Source of the DNA: Tortispora ganteri
Taxonomy: Eukaryota
Assembly (NCBI GenBank): GCA_003707115.1
Contig: PPNB01000006.1
Span: 186,001 to 250,000 of the forward strand
DNA: 64,000 bases
Direction of reading: 5' to 3'
Below are positions 30,231-40,508 of the stretch, one piece after another (positions within the stretch are counted from its first letter, which is position 1; every line of letters starts with the position of its first letter). Made by a program: the position numbers and the translations under genes. The notes beneath the pieces are model-generated. The model was not told the DNA's origin and ran no database searches. It was given only the letters and a program-made list of their open reading frames with translations.

Positions 30231-31398
30231 ACGGTTCTGGTACGGGGAACGGGTCACTCTTACGCAAGATCAGCATCGCATGCTCTCTTGAAATGTACCC
30301 CTTGACGTTTCCAGATGCTATGAGGTTCGTCAAGTAGCACTCGAGCTCATCTGTTGTGAGTTTTTGGCCGAATACAGCGAATGCGGCCTGATATGCTGGC
30401 AAAGAAAGCCTTGTGGGGCAACCCATGGCGTGATAGGTGCGAATGAGCAATCTCTTTTGGACTATTAATTTAGATTTTCGTATCAGCAAGTACAGATTCT
30501 TTTTGAAGAAGAGTGCCCTGTTGATATTGATCTGTTTATCGAACTCAGTGATATTACCTTCGCGTACTGCTTCGAACAGCTTCTTGAACGCAATTTCTAG
30601 CTCGGGGAACGATTTGTATAGAGAAACGCTAGGAATAATTTGATATAGCATGAATTTTAAGGGCACTAGACATACTAGTATACGTCTGATGTTGTTTCTA
30701 GAAGCTCTGTGACAGAGATTGAGTGACTGCTGTAGGGCATCGTGCGCTTGGTGGTAATGACTTTCTGAAATAAGTATGAGAGCTTTAAAGTAAAGAAACA
30801 TACATCTGTCTGAGATGGAAAATTCCTCGAAAGGTGGTAGGACGACGGAGTTAGCGGTGACGGCCTGAAGCGTAGATCTCGCAATAGAGCGATTGTTGAG
30901 TCGAAAATACAATATAAAAAGCAGGTTCATAATTCTGTAAACGCCGTATTTCTTCGAAAGACTCATTGTTGGCTCTCTATCACCAAGACACAAATTAAGT
31001 AGTCTATTTATTATTCTGGCTGATGATTCTAAAGGTTCATTGCTATTTGTGAACCGGCCTGTGATGATTGCGACAGCGCATAATTCTCCAGCATTGCCTT
31101 TCAAGACTGGTACGATCCACCTATTTTCATGGGCAGCAATTCTTGCAAGAATATTAAGTGCTTCTATATCACTCTTGAATGCGTTCTGAAGATCAGATTT
31201 CATTAGATAGTTGTAATAATCATTATTAAAGATAAAGTAGTCTCGCCATTGAGGGTCGCTTATCACGTATCGTAGCATACTCTTCTCAGTTTCATTTCCA
31301 TTATCTGAAGGCCGATCTATAGACGTCATACGTGACAATTCACTACCGTTTCGTGTCCGGATTGCTTCCATGAACGCTTGCGCCCGTCCGAGGTTCAT
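30211..31398 (-). CDS. CSN12: PCI-domain protein, Csn12/PCID2-like
   Basis: LCLGDR....SKKYGVY...NLLF..YF.LN, F.YF, winged-helix end ELECYLTNLI..G.VKGYISREH..LIL...DPFP. Confidence 0.8.
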   Translation of the reverse strand: MNLGRAQAFMEAIRTRNGSELSRMTSIDRPSDNGNETEKSMLRYVISDPQWRDYFIFNNDYYNYLMKSDLQNAFKSDIEALNILARIAAHENRWIVPVLKGNAGELCAVAIITGRFTNSNEPLESSARIINRLLNLCLGDREPTMSLSKKYGVYRIMNLLFILYFRLNNRSIARSTLQAVTANSVVLPPFEEFSISDRCMFLYFKALILISESHYHQAHDALQQSLNLCHRASRNNIRRILVCLVPLKFMLYQIIPSVSLYKSFPELEIAFKKLFEAVREGNITEFDKQININRALFFKKNLYLLIRKSKLIVQKRLLIRTYHAMGCPTRLSLPAYQAAFAVFGQKLTTDELECYLTNLIASGNVKGYISREHAMLILRKSDPFPVPEPSTVESK

Positions 31399-31534
31399 AG
31401 TTGTAGGGTGATATCGAGGGTTTGGTTTGATATTTGTCTTTCGACAGTATACCAGCTAGCTACCACTACACAATATAGGGCCTGAAACGGTGCTAAATGA
31501 CTCGCACATACAAAATCACTGTTTTTTATATATT

Positions 31535-32170
31535 ATGTCTGTAGAAATCGACTGGAATAGGATCTCACCAGAACAGCACACAAAGCTGTCGAATCAGCTT
31601 CGCGACTTCTTCAATGAACACTTCAAAGATCTATCGGTGCCCTCGTTTATAAGGGACATATCTGTTGTAAAATTTGATATTGGTACATGTGCACCAACAG
31701 TTGTCATCACAGATATAACTGATCCTTATTCTGAATTCTACTCTGATGATCCGCTCATCGCCAGCACTGCTACTAGCCCCGACGATCTTCAGGTCACAAT
31801 GAATATATCCTACGATGGCAATCTCTCTATGGAAATACATGCTACAATCACATTTAATTACCCTTCAGATGCATTTATATCTCTACCAGTAAAATTTACT
31901 GTCACTCGAATCAAACTTGCAACCACTGCATCCCTTGCTTTCATCAACAAAAGCATTTTTATAACTTTCGTCGGTAGCCCTGAAGCTAATGTTGTTGAAG
32001 TCCTACAAGATATCCAAATTCAAAGCGAACTGGGATCTCATAGTCAGACCTCAGACAACTCATCCGTTTTAAAGAATATAGGTAAGTTCGAAAAGTTCAT
32101 TCTTGAGCGACTTAGAGACATCATAGATCGCGAACTTGTATGGCCCAGTTGGATAGAACTAAGACGCTAG
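31535..32170 (+). CDS. MDM12: ERMES subunit Mdm12 (SMP domain)
   Basis: MSVEIDW, PSFI..I.V..F..G..AP, DITDP...FY, DLQ, NYPS..FISLPV, SELG, SVLKNIGK.EKF, ELVWPSW. Confidence 0.93.
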   Translation: MSVEIDWNRISPEQHTKLSNQLRDFFNEHFKDLSVPSFIRDISVVKFDIGTCAPTVVITDITDPYSEFYSDDPLIASTATSPDDLQVTMNISYDGNLSMEIHATITFNYPSDAFISLPVKFTVTRIKLATTASLAFINKSIFITFVGSPEANVVEVLQDIQIQSELGSHSQTSDNSSVLKNIGKFEKFILERLRDIIDRELVWPSWIELRR

Positions 32171-32552
32171 TGTGATTAGCATTTAAATCACACTATTCTC
32201 ATTACTGTCAGCAGATTTTATAACAACCATAGACAATATATTTTCATTTATGGTGTCCTGCTATGTCTTCCAGGCACCTCTAACACGCTACTACTCTACT
32301 GCACTTTCATTACTGCATCTACGCTATTATAAATATCTTATATTAGTTAATATATAATTATAATACTTCAAAACCACAGCTTTATTGTCCGCTATAACAC
32401 AAAATGAAGCCTTCGTTTGTAGTAAAACTTGTAGCTAAGTAACCTGTATACTATTATGGTAACTTTGGGAACTTGGCTACTTGCCACTTTCTATAAATAC
32501 CAGAACCATCCCACTTCCACACTCCGAGGCAGTAGGTGCCTCCAATTCAAAC

Positions 32553-33377
32553 ATGTCACATCAGCTAGTTGGATCGTTATATCGGAAAGTAATTGATGAT
32601 GTTATTAATGAGAGCCGTCTAGATTTCGAGGAAGCTGGTATTGACGAGGGGACGTTGCGGGAGCTGCAGACTCTATGGCAGCAAAGGATGTCCGCTTTGC
32701 GGGTCGCCCGATTCCCATGGGACCCCGTACCAGAGAGCTCGAACGTAATTGCCGACGGCGATTTGTTCGATGCTGGTGGTGATGTGGGACTGGTGGGGGA
32801 TACAGATCTAGCGGCTAATAGGGCGATGGCTGCGATGCGGGCGGCTAGACAGATTCAAAAATATGCTGAAGATTCAGACCAAAAACTAGGCACTAGCAGT
32901 GCGGATCAAAGTATCCGCGGTATAATGAAACAGTCTGGGCTAGGAGAAGAAGAATCTGCGTCGGGACTGGTCTTACCAGGAGGTGGTAAGACTACGCAGG
33001 TGGATGGCACCTATGACGGCATAGACGAGAGAAGAAGGTTAGTGAATGTCGAACTCGCTGGCGGCATAAAGCTACAACGTGCGTCCGAGTATCCGGAACG
33101 GTACGAAAGAATAAAGAAGCATATACAGAGCCAAGTAGACGGCACAAACGCGGACTCTGACGACTCTGACGCTATCAATTCTGATTTAGACGATTCAGAA
33201 GACGAACTGGGTTCGCAGGATGAAGAGAACGAGGAAAACCCGAATATCATGCTGTGTTTGTATGATAAAGTACAAAGAACCAAAAATAAGTGGAAGTGCT
33301 CTTTCCGGGAAGGTATTATTAGTATTGAAGGGCGCGATTACATATTCAGTCGGGCTAATGGCGAGTACGAGTGGTAA
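32553..33377 (+). CDS. TOA1: TFIIA large subunit (alpha/beta)
   Basis: VIDDVINESR.DFEE.GIDE.TL.EL..LWQ, AINSDLDDSED and NIMLCLYDKVQRTKNKWKC...GE.EW. Confidence 0.96.
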   Translation: MSHQLVGSLYRKVIDDVINESRLDFEEAGIDEGTLRELQTLWQQRMSALRVARFPWDPVPESSNVIADGDLFDAGGDVGLVGDTDLAANRAMAAMRAARQIQKYAEDSDQKLGTSSADQSIRGIMKQSGLGEEESASGLVLPGGGKTTQVDGTYDGIDERRRLVNVELAGGIKLQRASEYPERYERIKKHIQSQVDGTNADSDDSDAINSDLDDSEDELGSQDEENEENPNIMLCLYDKVQRTKNKWKCSFREGIISIEGRDYIFSRANGEYEW

Positions 33378-33580
33378 AAATATACTTGGCTTCTTTCTTG
33401 TAATTTTTGCCTTTATGCAGTGATTTTTCTTCTTTTATGTCCAAAGAACCAGAAAACATCGCCTACGGAACAACAATACGTGGGTAATGTAAATTATAAT
33501 ACAGAAAAAGGAACCGTTTCATCATTAGAATTCAGTAATTTGTCATTTTTTTTTTTTAATTATTTCTTTTTTTCTAGTTT

Positions 33581-33799
33581 TTATACCTGTGCCTCTCTTC
33601 TTTCTAACGGGTTGTATCTTAGCAATTTTTCAATCAAATCAACGTGGGTCAGAACCATACGACGACAACAATAGCGACGTAATCCAAGTTTATCTAATGC
33701 ATCACCCTCCGCCATATTCTCCTCAAGATATTGTAAGTATGTATCCCATTTATCTCCAATCACCTTGCCACAGGAGAAACATCTAACAGGAATAATCAT
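33581..33799 (-). CDS. RPB10: RNA polymerase I/II/III shared subunit Rpb10
   Basis: [18 protein letters not shown]...[30 protein letters not shown]. Confidence 0.98.
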   Translation of the reverse strand: MIIPVRCFSCGKVIGDKWDTYLQYLEENMAEGDALDKLGLRRYCCRRMVLTHVDLIEKLLRYNPLERREAQV

Positions 33800-33971
33800 C
33801 TTTTCGCGCCTTCGCAAGTAAGATGGTGAGTTCGTAATTCCTCCCTTGTCGCCAGGTGAAAACTTTTGAACTTAAATCATTTCCTAAAACAGTAACTCCC
33901 ATTTATTCTCGTCAATTTATTCACCATTTTTTTCTTCGTTTACTATTATTGACCAGCAATTTCTCTTCATT

Positions 33972-36353
33972 ATGGCTTCTTCTGTCTCAACGGCATCATG
34001 GAAATCCTCTCGTTTATGCGGTGGTTCATTTTTTGATCTACATTCTTACACATCCTCCGTCTTGCTATCCTCTCTCAAACAGTTCCTCGTCCTCACACCT
34101 TCAGCTCTAAAACTATATAGCCTCACTACGTCAAAATGTATTCGCATAATACCTCTTTCTTCCGCTGCTGATGTCGCTGATATATATCTTCAGAATGAAT
34201 CTTCTCTTTGGGTTGCTTTTAGGGATGGTACCCTACTCTCGATCGATTGCAACTCATGGTTCCCTGGCTCCAAAATTGATCTTGGTATGCCCATACACTC
34301 CATCCTCTCCATCTCTGAAGACACAGTCGTGTTCTTCTCGCTTCAGGATTCCAATGCAAAGCTCTGTCTTTCCAAACCTGATTTGCGACGTTCTGCTTCA
34401 GCTATAATTGACGACGACCTACCAGTCGTTACGTTCTCCCTCAAGTCCGTCCTCTATTCCTCAGACGAGCCTGTCTCGTTCATCGAACTCAGCCCAGCAA
34501 AGTCCTACTTCGCTATAGCGCTTTCCAAGTACGTCGTCGCCGGAAAGCTTTCTACCGACAGCTCGGCTGTAGAGCTCATGAAATTAGAGAGACCCCATCC
34601 GCCTACGGCCTTAGCCGCATCGGACTCCGGATGCCTTGCTGTAGGCTCGTCGTCCGGCGTAATAGATCTTTATATCTCTTTTTTCTCCTCCGCAAACGCC
34701 GTACCCAAATCCCTGAAATGGCATATGGAAGCAGTAACCGCGCTGAATTTTGCAATGGGTGATCAGTATCTGCTTTCTGGAGGCCAAGAAAAGGTCCTTG
34801 TGTTTTGGCAACTTGAAACGAACTCGACACAATTCCTACCCCGTCTTCCTGGCCCCATAACTAAGATAACAGTCGACTCTTCATCTGCATTCTACACAGT
34901 TTCCTGCAAGTCTCAGGATATAATGCTTATATCTGCAGTGGACCTCTTGCCTAAGATCACTGTGTCTTCCGTGAAATCGGCTATCTCCCTCGACCCGAAA
35001 CCCGTCAGTAAATCATCCCGCAGAAAAAGCAATAGGTCGCTCGAAAACAATTCTGAAATGCCAGTATTAATGGTCGCCCATCCTGTGAATGAATACCTAT
35101 ATTTCCCAACCTATTATGGATCGCTACTACAAACCTATAACTTTGCTCTTGACCGGCAAGAAGCAATTCAGCAGTTTGCTTCAACTTTACAAATGGGTAA
35201 GATCTACGAAGAAGAACTTATCACAGACGCTCAGCTGATACACATAGCCTTTTCACATAACGCTCAATGGATGATGACAGTTGACGAATTGCCGGCACCA
35301 ACTGTTGATAACATCATCTCTCAGTCACACTCGAAAATAAATCTAAGATTTTGGAAATCTGATCCTTCCGCGCCGAATAATTGGGTGCTGACATCCAGAA
35401 CTGAGTCTCCTCATGGATATAATCGCAAAGTCCTCAGTGTGGCCAGTGCCCCCTCCTCCTATAGTAACGGTCTTGCTTTTGCGACTCTTAGCGATTCTGG
35501 TGATGTCCATTTATGGAAACCAAAAACCCACTTTGCTCAAAATGATCAGATAAATCATTCTAGTAAGCGTCCTGTCGAATGGACTCTGCGTCGCACACTC
35601 CCTGCATGTCCTATGCACACATCGGCAGTTGCAATTACGTGGAGCTCAGATGGCTCAACGATAGTATTAGGCATGGAAACAACTCTGCAGCTTATTGATA
35701 CAGAATCCTTTACTGTTGTGAAAACACTTCCTAATGTACTGTCTTCGCGAATCCGAGCATTAAGAATCGTTGGTCACGATCTTGTTTGTTTAGCGAAGTC
35801 ATCACTTGTGGTTCTGAACCTTCTCACTCTGAAGGTCAAATGGACCTTAAAGATGTCGAATCCTCAAAATTCAGAAAGATTATTTGCTGCATCTACTGAT
35901 AACAAGCGTTTTGCTGTAGGTTTTAACTACTCCAATCGGTCAGACTATTCCCTCAAAGGTCGTGTGCTGGTTTTTGCAACGGATTCGATTATCCCAGAGT
36001 ATATGGCAAGTTTTGAAGTCCCTGTAGTTTCTGTGACATTTTCTGGAAGGACAGGGAGTTTTTTGGCTTTGGATAAGTCTTCTGTTGTGCATGCAATCTA
36101 CAAAAGCTCGTCTTCACTTAATCTACAAGCTGTAGATGAGACTGAAGAGCAAGTGATTTTTTCGAATGGCGTGCTATCATCTATTGTTCCTCAAAAGATT
36201 CGAGAAATTTCTCAACCCGTTTTTATTGAAGACGAAGCTCCTCAGAAAGTACTGATGAGTGAAAATAAATTTGATGACGTCTTCTCTGGCCCCGATTTTG
36301 CTATGGCTAACCTGGAAGGAATATTTGAGAAAGTTCTTAGCACCATTAGCTGA
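33972..36353 (+). CDS. NAN1: U3 snoRNP t-UTP subunit Utp17/Nan1 (WDR75), WD40 protein
   Basis: LKWHMEAV.AL.F...QYLLSGGQEKVLVFWQLETN..QFLPRL, WMMTVDE, LRFW, and R..SPHG. Confidence 0.85.
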   Translation: MASSVSTASWKSSRLCGGSFFDLHSYTSSVLLSSLKQFLVLTPSALKLYSLTTSKCIRIIPLSSAADVADIYLQNESSLWVAFRDGTLLSIDCNSWFPGSKIDLGMPIHSILSISEDTVVFFSLQDSNAKLCLSKPDLRRSASAIIDDDLPVVTFSLKSVLYSSDEPVSFIELSPAKSYFAIALSKYVVAGKLSTDSSAVELMKLERPHPPTALAASDSGCLAVGSSSGVIDLYISFFSSANAVPKSLKWHMEAVTALNFAMGDQYLLSGGQEKVLVFWQLETNSTQFLPRLPGPITKITVDSSSAFYTVSCKSQDIMLISAVDLLPKITVSSVKSAISLDPKPVSKSSRRKSNRSLENNSEMPVLMVAHPVNEYLYFPTYYGSLLQTYNFALDRQEAIQQFASTLQMGKIYEEELITDAQLIHIAFSHNAQWMMTVDELPAPTVDNIISQSHSKINLRFWKSDPSAPNNWVLTSRTESPHGYNRKVLSVASAPSSYSNGLAFATLSDSGDVHLWKPKTHFAQNDQINHSSKRPVEWTLRRTLPACPMHTSAVAITWSSDGSTIVLGMETTLQLIDTESFTVVKTLPNVLSSRIRALRIVGHDLVCLAKSSLVVLNLLTLKVKWTLKMSNPQNSERLFAASTDNKRFAVGFNYSNRSDYSLKGRVLVFATDSIIPEYMASFEVPVVSVTFSGRTGSFLALDKSSVVHAIYKSSSSLNLQAVDETEEQVIFSNGVLSSIVPQKIREISQPVFIEDEAPQKVLMSENKFDDVFSGPDFAMANLEGIFEKVLSTIS

Positions 36354-36457
36354 AAGTGGTGTTTTTTTAAATAAAATACTGCTCGAGTTGGTATCAAGAT
36401 GCTTAGTTATATCTACAGAGTATCATAGCATTTACTTTGGCTTGCTCTTTTGCCTGC

Positions 36458-37879
36458 TCATCGGATAAAGACAGATTTGGACAAGTCTTTGTGATTGACT
36501 AAAGAGTTAGCTGCACTTGTTACCTTCTTAGAAGTGACCTCAAATATTTTCCAGAATTTCAAACTCTCATCGCTTGCAGCAGTTGCAAGCGTTGATCCGT
36601 CTGGCGATAAGCAAGCTTGGAGTACACGAGACTCGTGTGCTTCTATATCTGCATGTCTTACAAGAGTAGGATATTCCCAAATAACAAGATTATTATTCGG
36701 ATAACCATGTGTAGTCACAAACTCTTTGTAAGTAGTACTCCACTTAATTGAGGTCACTTGTGATCCGGCGTCCACTGAGTTCACACGAGCGCCAGTAGTG
36801 GCACTCCAGAAATGAATTTGTTTGTCATAAGAACCTCCACCAGTCGCCAGCAAATTATGCTGCCACGGACACCAAGAAAGCGCCTTTACAGCGGCTTTGT
36901 GATTGGTTTTAGTAAACTTAGGAATAGAGGACCTGGCATCCCATATGTTAACGAGATTGTCATTACCTCCGCTCGCCAAACAAGTTCCGTCAGAGCGCCA
37001 TTCAAGGCCGCAGACTTCATGGCTGTGGTTATTATATTCTGACACTTTGTGCTGGGCAATTCGCACGTCGTGGTTCCAGATGGATCCGTCTCTGCAGCCG
37101 GAAGACACCAAATGATTACTCCAAGACATAACGCCGACACGTGCAGCGTGCCCATGCATAGACCTAAGCTTTGCGCCTTCTTCAACGTCCCATATTTGCA
37201 CATCACCGTCACCTAAACCGACAGAGAGATATGCCCCGTCTTCAGACCATTTAAGGCTCGAAACGTAAGTATCTGTAGGAGAATCTAGGAGGCAGGACAC
37301 TGTACCGGTATTAGCATTCCATACATAGACGCTCTTTTCAAGACCGATCGCAAGTTGGTTGCCACTAGACCAGTCGAGAACATTTAGATAATAATCGTCG
37401 ACGAGTCCAGGGGCATCCAGTACGCGCTCAGGCACTGTTGCGATTCTTCTGCGAGATTGGACGGTTTGCTTGGGCTTGGAATAAGCTTCAATATCCATTG
37501 CCTTCTGTCTTTGTGGAGCAGGAGGCTTGAATTCAAGGATTCTCTGTTTTAAGGCTAGTCCGCAGGCTTCAGCAACTGAAGAGTGGTAGGCCTCTTCGTT
37601 CTCTGGGTTGATTTTAGAATTAGCGGAGCAAGAGGACTGCCGGTTCGGGATGTATCGATCGGCAGTCAGTATGACAGTTTGCTTAGAGGAGGGTCTGCCT
37701 TTTGTTTTAGCAAATTTATCGCTGGAATCATGTCTAGGAGATTGATTTGATTTGGTGATACCCCCTTTTCGCAGAAGGTTTTGCTTACTAGGAGTAAGAC
37801 GTGGGCTGTTGACAATGAAAGAAGTAGTCAAAGCTTGTACTTGCAAAGACTCGTGACGAGACTTTGAAGGAGTATTCAT
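36458..37879 (-). CDS. CDC20: APC/C activator Cdc20/Slp1
   Basis: C-box DRYIPNR, RILEFKP, PERVLDAPGLVDDYYLN.LDWS, HEVCGLEW, ASGGNDN, AVKALSWCPWQ.NLLATGGG and a C-terminal IR tail. Confidence 0.96.
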   Translation of the reverse strand: MNTPSKSRHESLQVQALTTSFIVNSPRLTPSKQNLLRKGGITKSNQSPRHDSSDKFAKTKGRPSSKQTVILTADRYIPNRQSSCSANSKINPENEEAYHSSVAEACGLALKQRILEFKPPAPQRQKAMDIEAYSKPKQTVQSRRRIATVPERVLDAPGLVDDYYLNVLDWSSGNQLAIGLEKSVYVWNANTGTVSCLLDSPTDTYVSSLKWSEDGAYLSVGLGDGDVQIWDVEEGAKLRSMHGHAARVGVMSWSNHLVSSGCRDGSIWNHDVRIAQHKVSEYNNHSHEVCGLEWRSDGTCLASGGNDNLVNIWDARSSIPKFTKTNHKAAVKALSWCPWQHNLLATGGGSYDKQIHFWSATTGARVNSVDAGSQVTSIKWSTTYKEFVTTHGYPNNNLVIWEYPTLVRHADIEAHESRVLQACLSPDGSTLATAASDESLKFWKIFEVTSKKVTSAANSLVNHKDLSKSVFIR

Positions 37880-38162
37880 TGTAATTGGTTTTTTTTATTT
37901 TATATTAGAAAGAAACGGAAAAAAAAAGATTAGAAATTGGACCAGCCGTTAATAAGTAGAACGAATTGAATTTTTTTTTGGAGGAGTTTTTAGAAATTAT
38001 AAGAAACGAGACCAGCTCTGGTTAATTATATGAAAAACAATTGAAGTAAAATAGGCACAAACCAATTACTTTAAAGAGGCTTATACGAACTTTTAAGAAA
38101 ACTGTTAGTGAAGGAAAAGAGGACGAAAATGGGGTAGTCGTCTTATATATATTAATTGGAAC

Positions 38163-38187
38163 TTCCTATTTGGGAAGTAGGTAAACA
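38163..38187. promoter_or_regulatory. Composite Mcm1 (CArG-like) plus forkhead element upstream of CDC20
   Basis: TTCCTATTTGGGAA (CC-N6-GG at 38165-38174) followed by GTAAACA (38181-38187), the arrangement of CLB2-cluster G2/M promoters. Confidence 0.7.
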
Positions 38188-38265
38188 TATATAATCGCGG
38201 TTACGATATAAATGTAAGAATATAGTAACTCGATGTAGCGTATGATTAACAATAATAATAGTTAT

Positions 38266-39624
38266 TTAAAGCTTTATCCTTATGCTTTTTTTATATAGAA
38301 ACAGAGCCAGTACGGATAGTGCTGCTGTATAGACAGTCAGTATCAATATAGCGATGTAGTCTGGTTGATGGATGGTGTCGATTGTCATGTTGATGAGACC
38401 TGTTAGAATATTAGCAACCAAAAATACAGCCAGGCCGTTATAATTAACAGCCTGAAGAATTTTAGGGACCTTTGATATACCGGCATAATGCTCAACTGCT
38501 GCAAAAGATGCTATTTGCGAGCAGTTAAATGCGGCAATCCAGAGTATATAAGGAAGGTTGGCGAGTCGTCTTGATACTTGCAGATCTACTACCCGAGTAA
38601 AGTAGAGATATAGTAGCGTATAAATAGCACTTCTGATTGTGAGGTTCACTATCAAAAGTTTGAACGAGCTCGTGACTGTTTCGGGGGCCTTTCGGGATGT
38701 TTTCGGTTTATAGACCAAAGAGGATCGATTGATTTTCGAGGGCATAATTATGTAGCCTAGCGACTTACCTAGGAAGAAAATGACGGCGTATCCAATAAAT
38801 GAAGACAGTCCCTCTTTGTTTGCTAAAAGAATATTGCTTCTATCCGAAGATAGTACAATTGCTGAGAGCGAGCATAAGTCGAGGAGCAATTCGTAGGATA
38901 TTGCGAGAGAGATGGCTATGACTGAAAGGGGGATGTATTTGGCAGGTTTTGAGACAAAAACTGTAACTATTGGTAAAAGTCCTAAAGTAATAAAAAAATT
39001 CCAATGGACTCCATATTCTGTGACGTGTTCTTGATAATTTAAGTACTTCACGGCGAGTAGCCTGATTAAGCCAAGAATGAGCATTAGGGCGGAGTGCTTT
39101 AAGGCTTGAAAGAGTTCGGATAAGAAAGGACGCGAAGATACAGCTTTTGCAGAGACTACACCCATAGAATAAACAAATGATCCCACACCTAAATCCATTA
39201 AAGAGGTACCCCAAGTTTCAACTTTTGCGAACCTCCGCGGGAAGGCTGGGAAGTCGACGGCGAGTATGGCTATACATGTGAGTATCATCATTTGTGCTCT
39301 ATAGAGGGTTAAAAAAGATTTGTGAGTTGTTGATATTTGTTGTTTTTTAGGTTTCGAAGGAGATCCAATTCCAAATGCAAGTGTGCCAATGATTATAGCT
39401 ATGAGAAGAGTAGGTTGGTTTGAGTAAATTGTCATAGCAAGGATCATACAAAAGACATTATACACATATTCAGCCACTAATTCGTAACCCTTAAAGATAT
39501 TTTTATTTGATAAAATTGACCATGTACCATAACAAATACTTGATATTGATACAATTAAATTTATTTCATTAATAGAACCACCTATTTGGTCAGAAACAAA
39601 GGCTTCTTTTTCTATTTTTGACAT
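38266..39624 (-). CDS. GWT1: GPI inositol acyltransferase Gwt1/PIG-W
   Basis: KEAFVS, T.IAILAVDFP.FPRRFAKVETWGTSLMDLGVGSFV, YQEHVTEYGVHWNFF.TLG, NKEG, VSRRLANLPY, NGLAVFLVAN.LTG. Confidence 0.97.
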   Translation of the reverse strand: MSKIEKEAFVSDQIGGSINEINLIVSISSICYGTWSILSNKNIFKGYELVAEYVYNVFCMILAMTIYSNQPTLLIAIIIGTLAFGIGSPSKPKKQQISTTHKSFLTLYRAQMMILTCIAILAVDFPAFPRRFAKVETWGTSLMDLGVGSFVYSMGVVSAKAVSSRPFLSELFQALKHSALMLILGLIRLLAVKYLNYQEHVTEYGVHWNFFITLGLLPIVTVFVSKPAKYIPLSVIAISLAISYELLLDLCSLSAIVLSSDRSNILLANKEGLSSFIGYAVIFFLGKSLGYIIMPSKINRSSLVYKPKTSRKAPETVTSSFKLLIVNLTIRSAIYTLLYLYFTRVVDLQVSRRLANLPYILWIAAFNCSQIASFAAVEHYAGISKVPKILQAVNYNGLAVFLVANILTGLINMTIDTIHQPDYIAILILTVYTAALSVLALFLYKKSIRIKL

Positions 39625-39706
39625 ATGTTAATGTAAAATGTAAGAAGTAAGGTAAGGTAAAATCCCATTGACTTTCTCACTTTTCTTTATCTATACCACT
39701 AAAAAA

Positions 39707-40435
39707 ATGCAATCATATGCTCCATATTTTAAATCAAGAAATTCTTTAGTAGATAATCAAGAAATTACATTATTTGATTCATCTCAAGAACGTGAAATAT
39801 ATGAAAATTTGGCTGAATTATATTCTATAATTACAACTTTAGATCTCCTTGAGAAAGCCTATATAAGAGATAGTATATTGCCTACAGAGTATACTCCATT
39901 ATGTACCCGTCTATTGGCACAGTATAAAACCCTTATGAAAAATCATGAGGTAATAGAAGAATTTGGCGACCTTGAATCTTTCAAACTTAAGTATAACATT
40001 TCATGTCCTTCTGCCACCCAGCGTCTCGCTATTGGAGTGCCTGCAACTCTTGAACAAGGCTCAATTGCCTCTGCAACATCTGATCCGCAAACATCCGCAT
40101 CAAATACATCAATATCAAACGCATACACTCAAAATGTACCAAATAACTATTCTGCAAAGGCCGCTGCAGATGCTACCGGCAACTTCATCACTTTCATGGA
40201 CGCTGTCAAACTCAACTACAAAGCTAAAGACCAACTGCATCCCCTGCTCTCTGAACTCATGACCAGCATCAATAAAGTTACCACAGCCGATTTCGATGGA
40301 AGAGCAAAAATAGTTCAATGGCTTATCACTCTCAACGCAATGAATGCTACAGACGAGATATCAGACGATCAGCAAAGAGAATTGCTTTTCGATATCAACG
40401 CTGCCTATGAAAGCTTTTACAAAACACTAGGCTAA
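39707..40435 (+). CDS. VPS28: ESCRT-I subunit Vps28
   Basis: ERE.YENLAELYSII.TLD.LEKAYIRD, YT..C.RLL.QYK, ATGNFITFMDAVKL, DQLHPLLS.L, RELLFD. Confidence 0.96.
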   Translation: MQSYAPYFKSRNSLVDNQEITLFDSSQEREIYENLAELYSIITTLDLLEKAYIRDSILPTEYTPLCTRLLAQYKTLMKNHEVIEEFGDLESFKLKYNISCPSATQRLAIGVPATLEQGSIASATSDPQTSASNTSISNAYTQNVPNNYSAKAAADATGNFITFMDAVKLNYKAKDQLHPLLSELMTSINKVTTADFDGRAKIVQWLITLNAMNATDEISDDQQRELLFDINAAYESFYKTLG

Positions 40436-40508
40436 TAGCAAATTCTGCTGTACATATTCAGCTCAAAAATTAATCAGTATTAACTAATTTTTGCTATTCA
40501 CTGCTTTC

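Noticed and set aside
33823..33956. Possible ATG-GTGAGT...CAG first intron for NAN1
   Set aside because: It is in frame, but the branch point is poor and the ATG is only 23 bp from the divergent RPB10 ATG.
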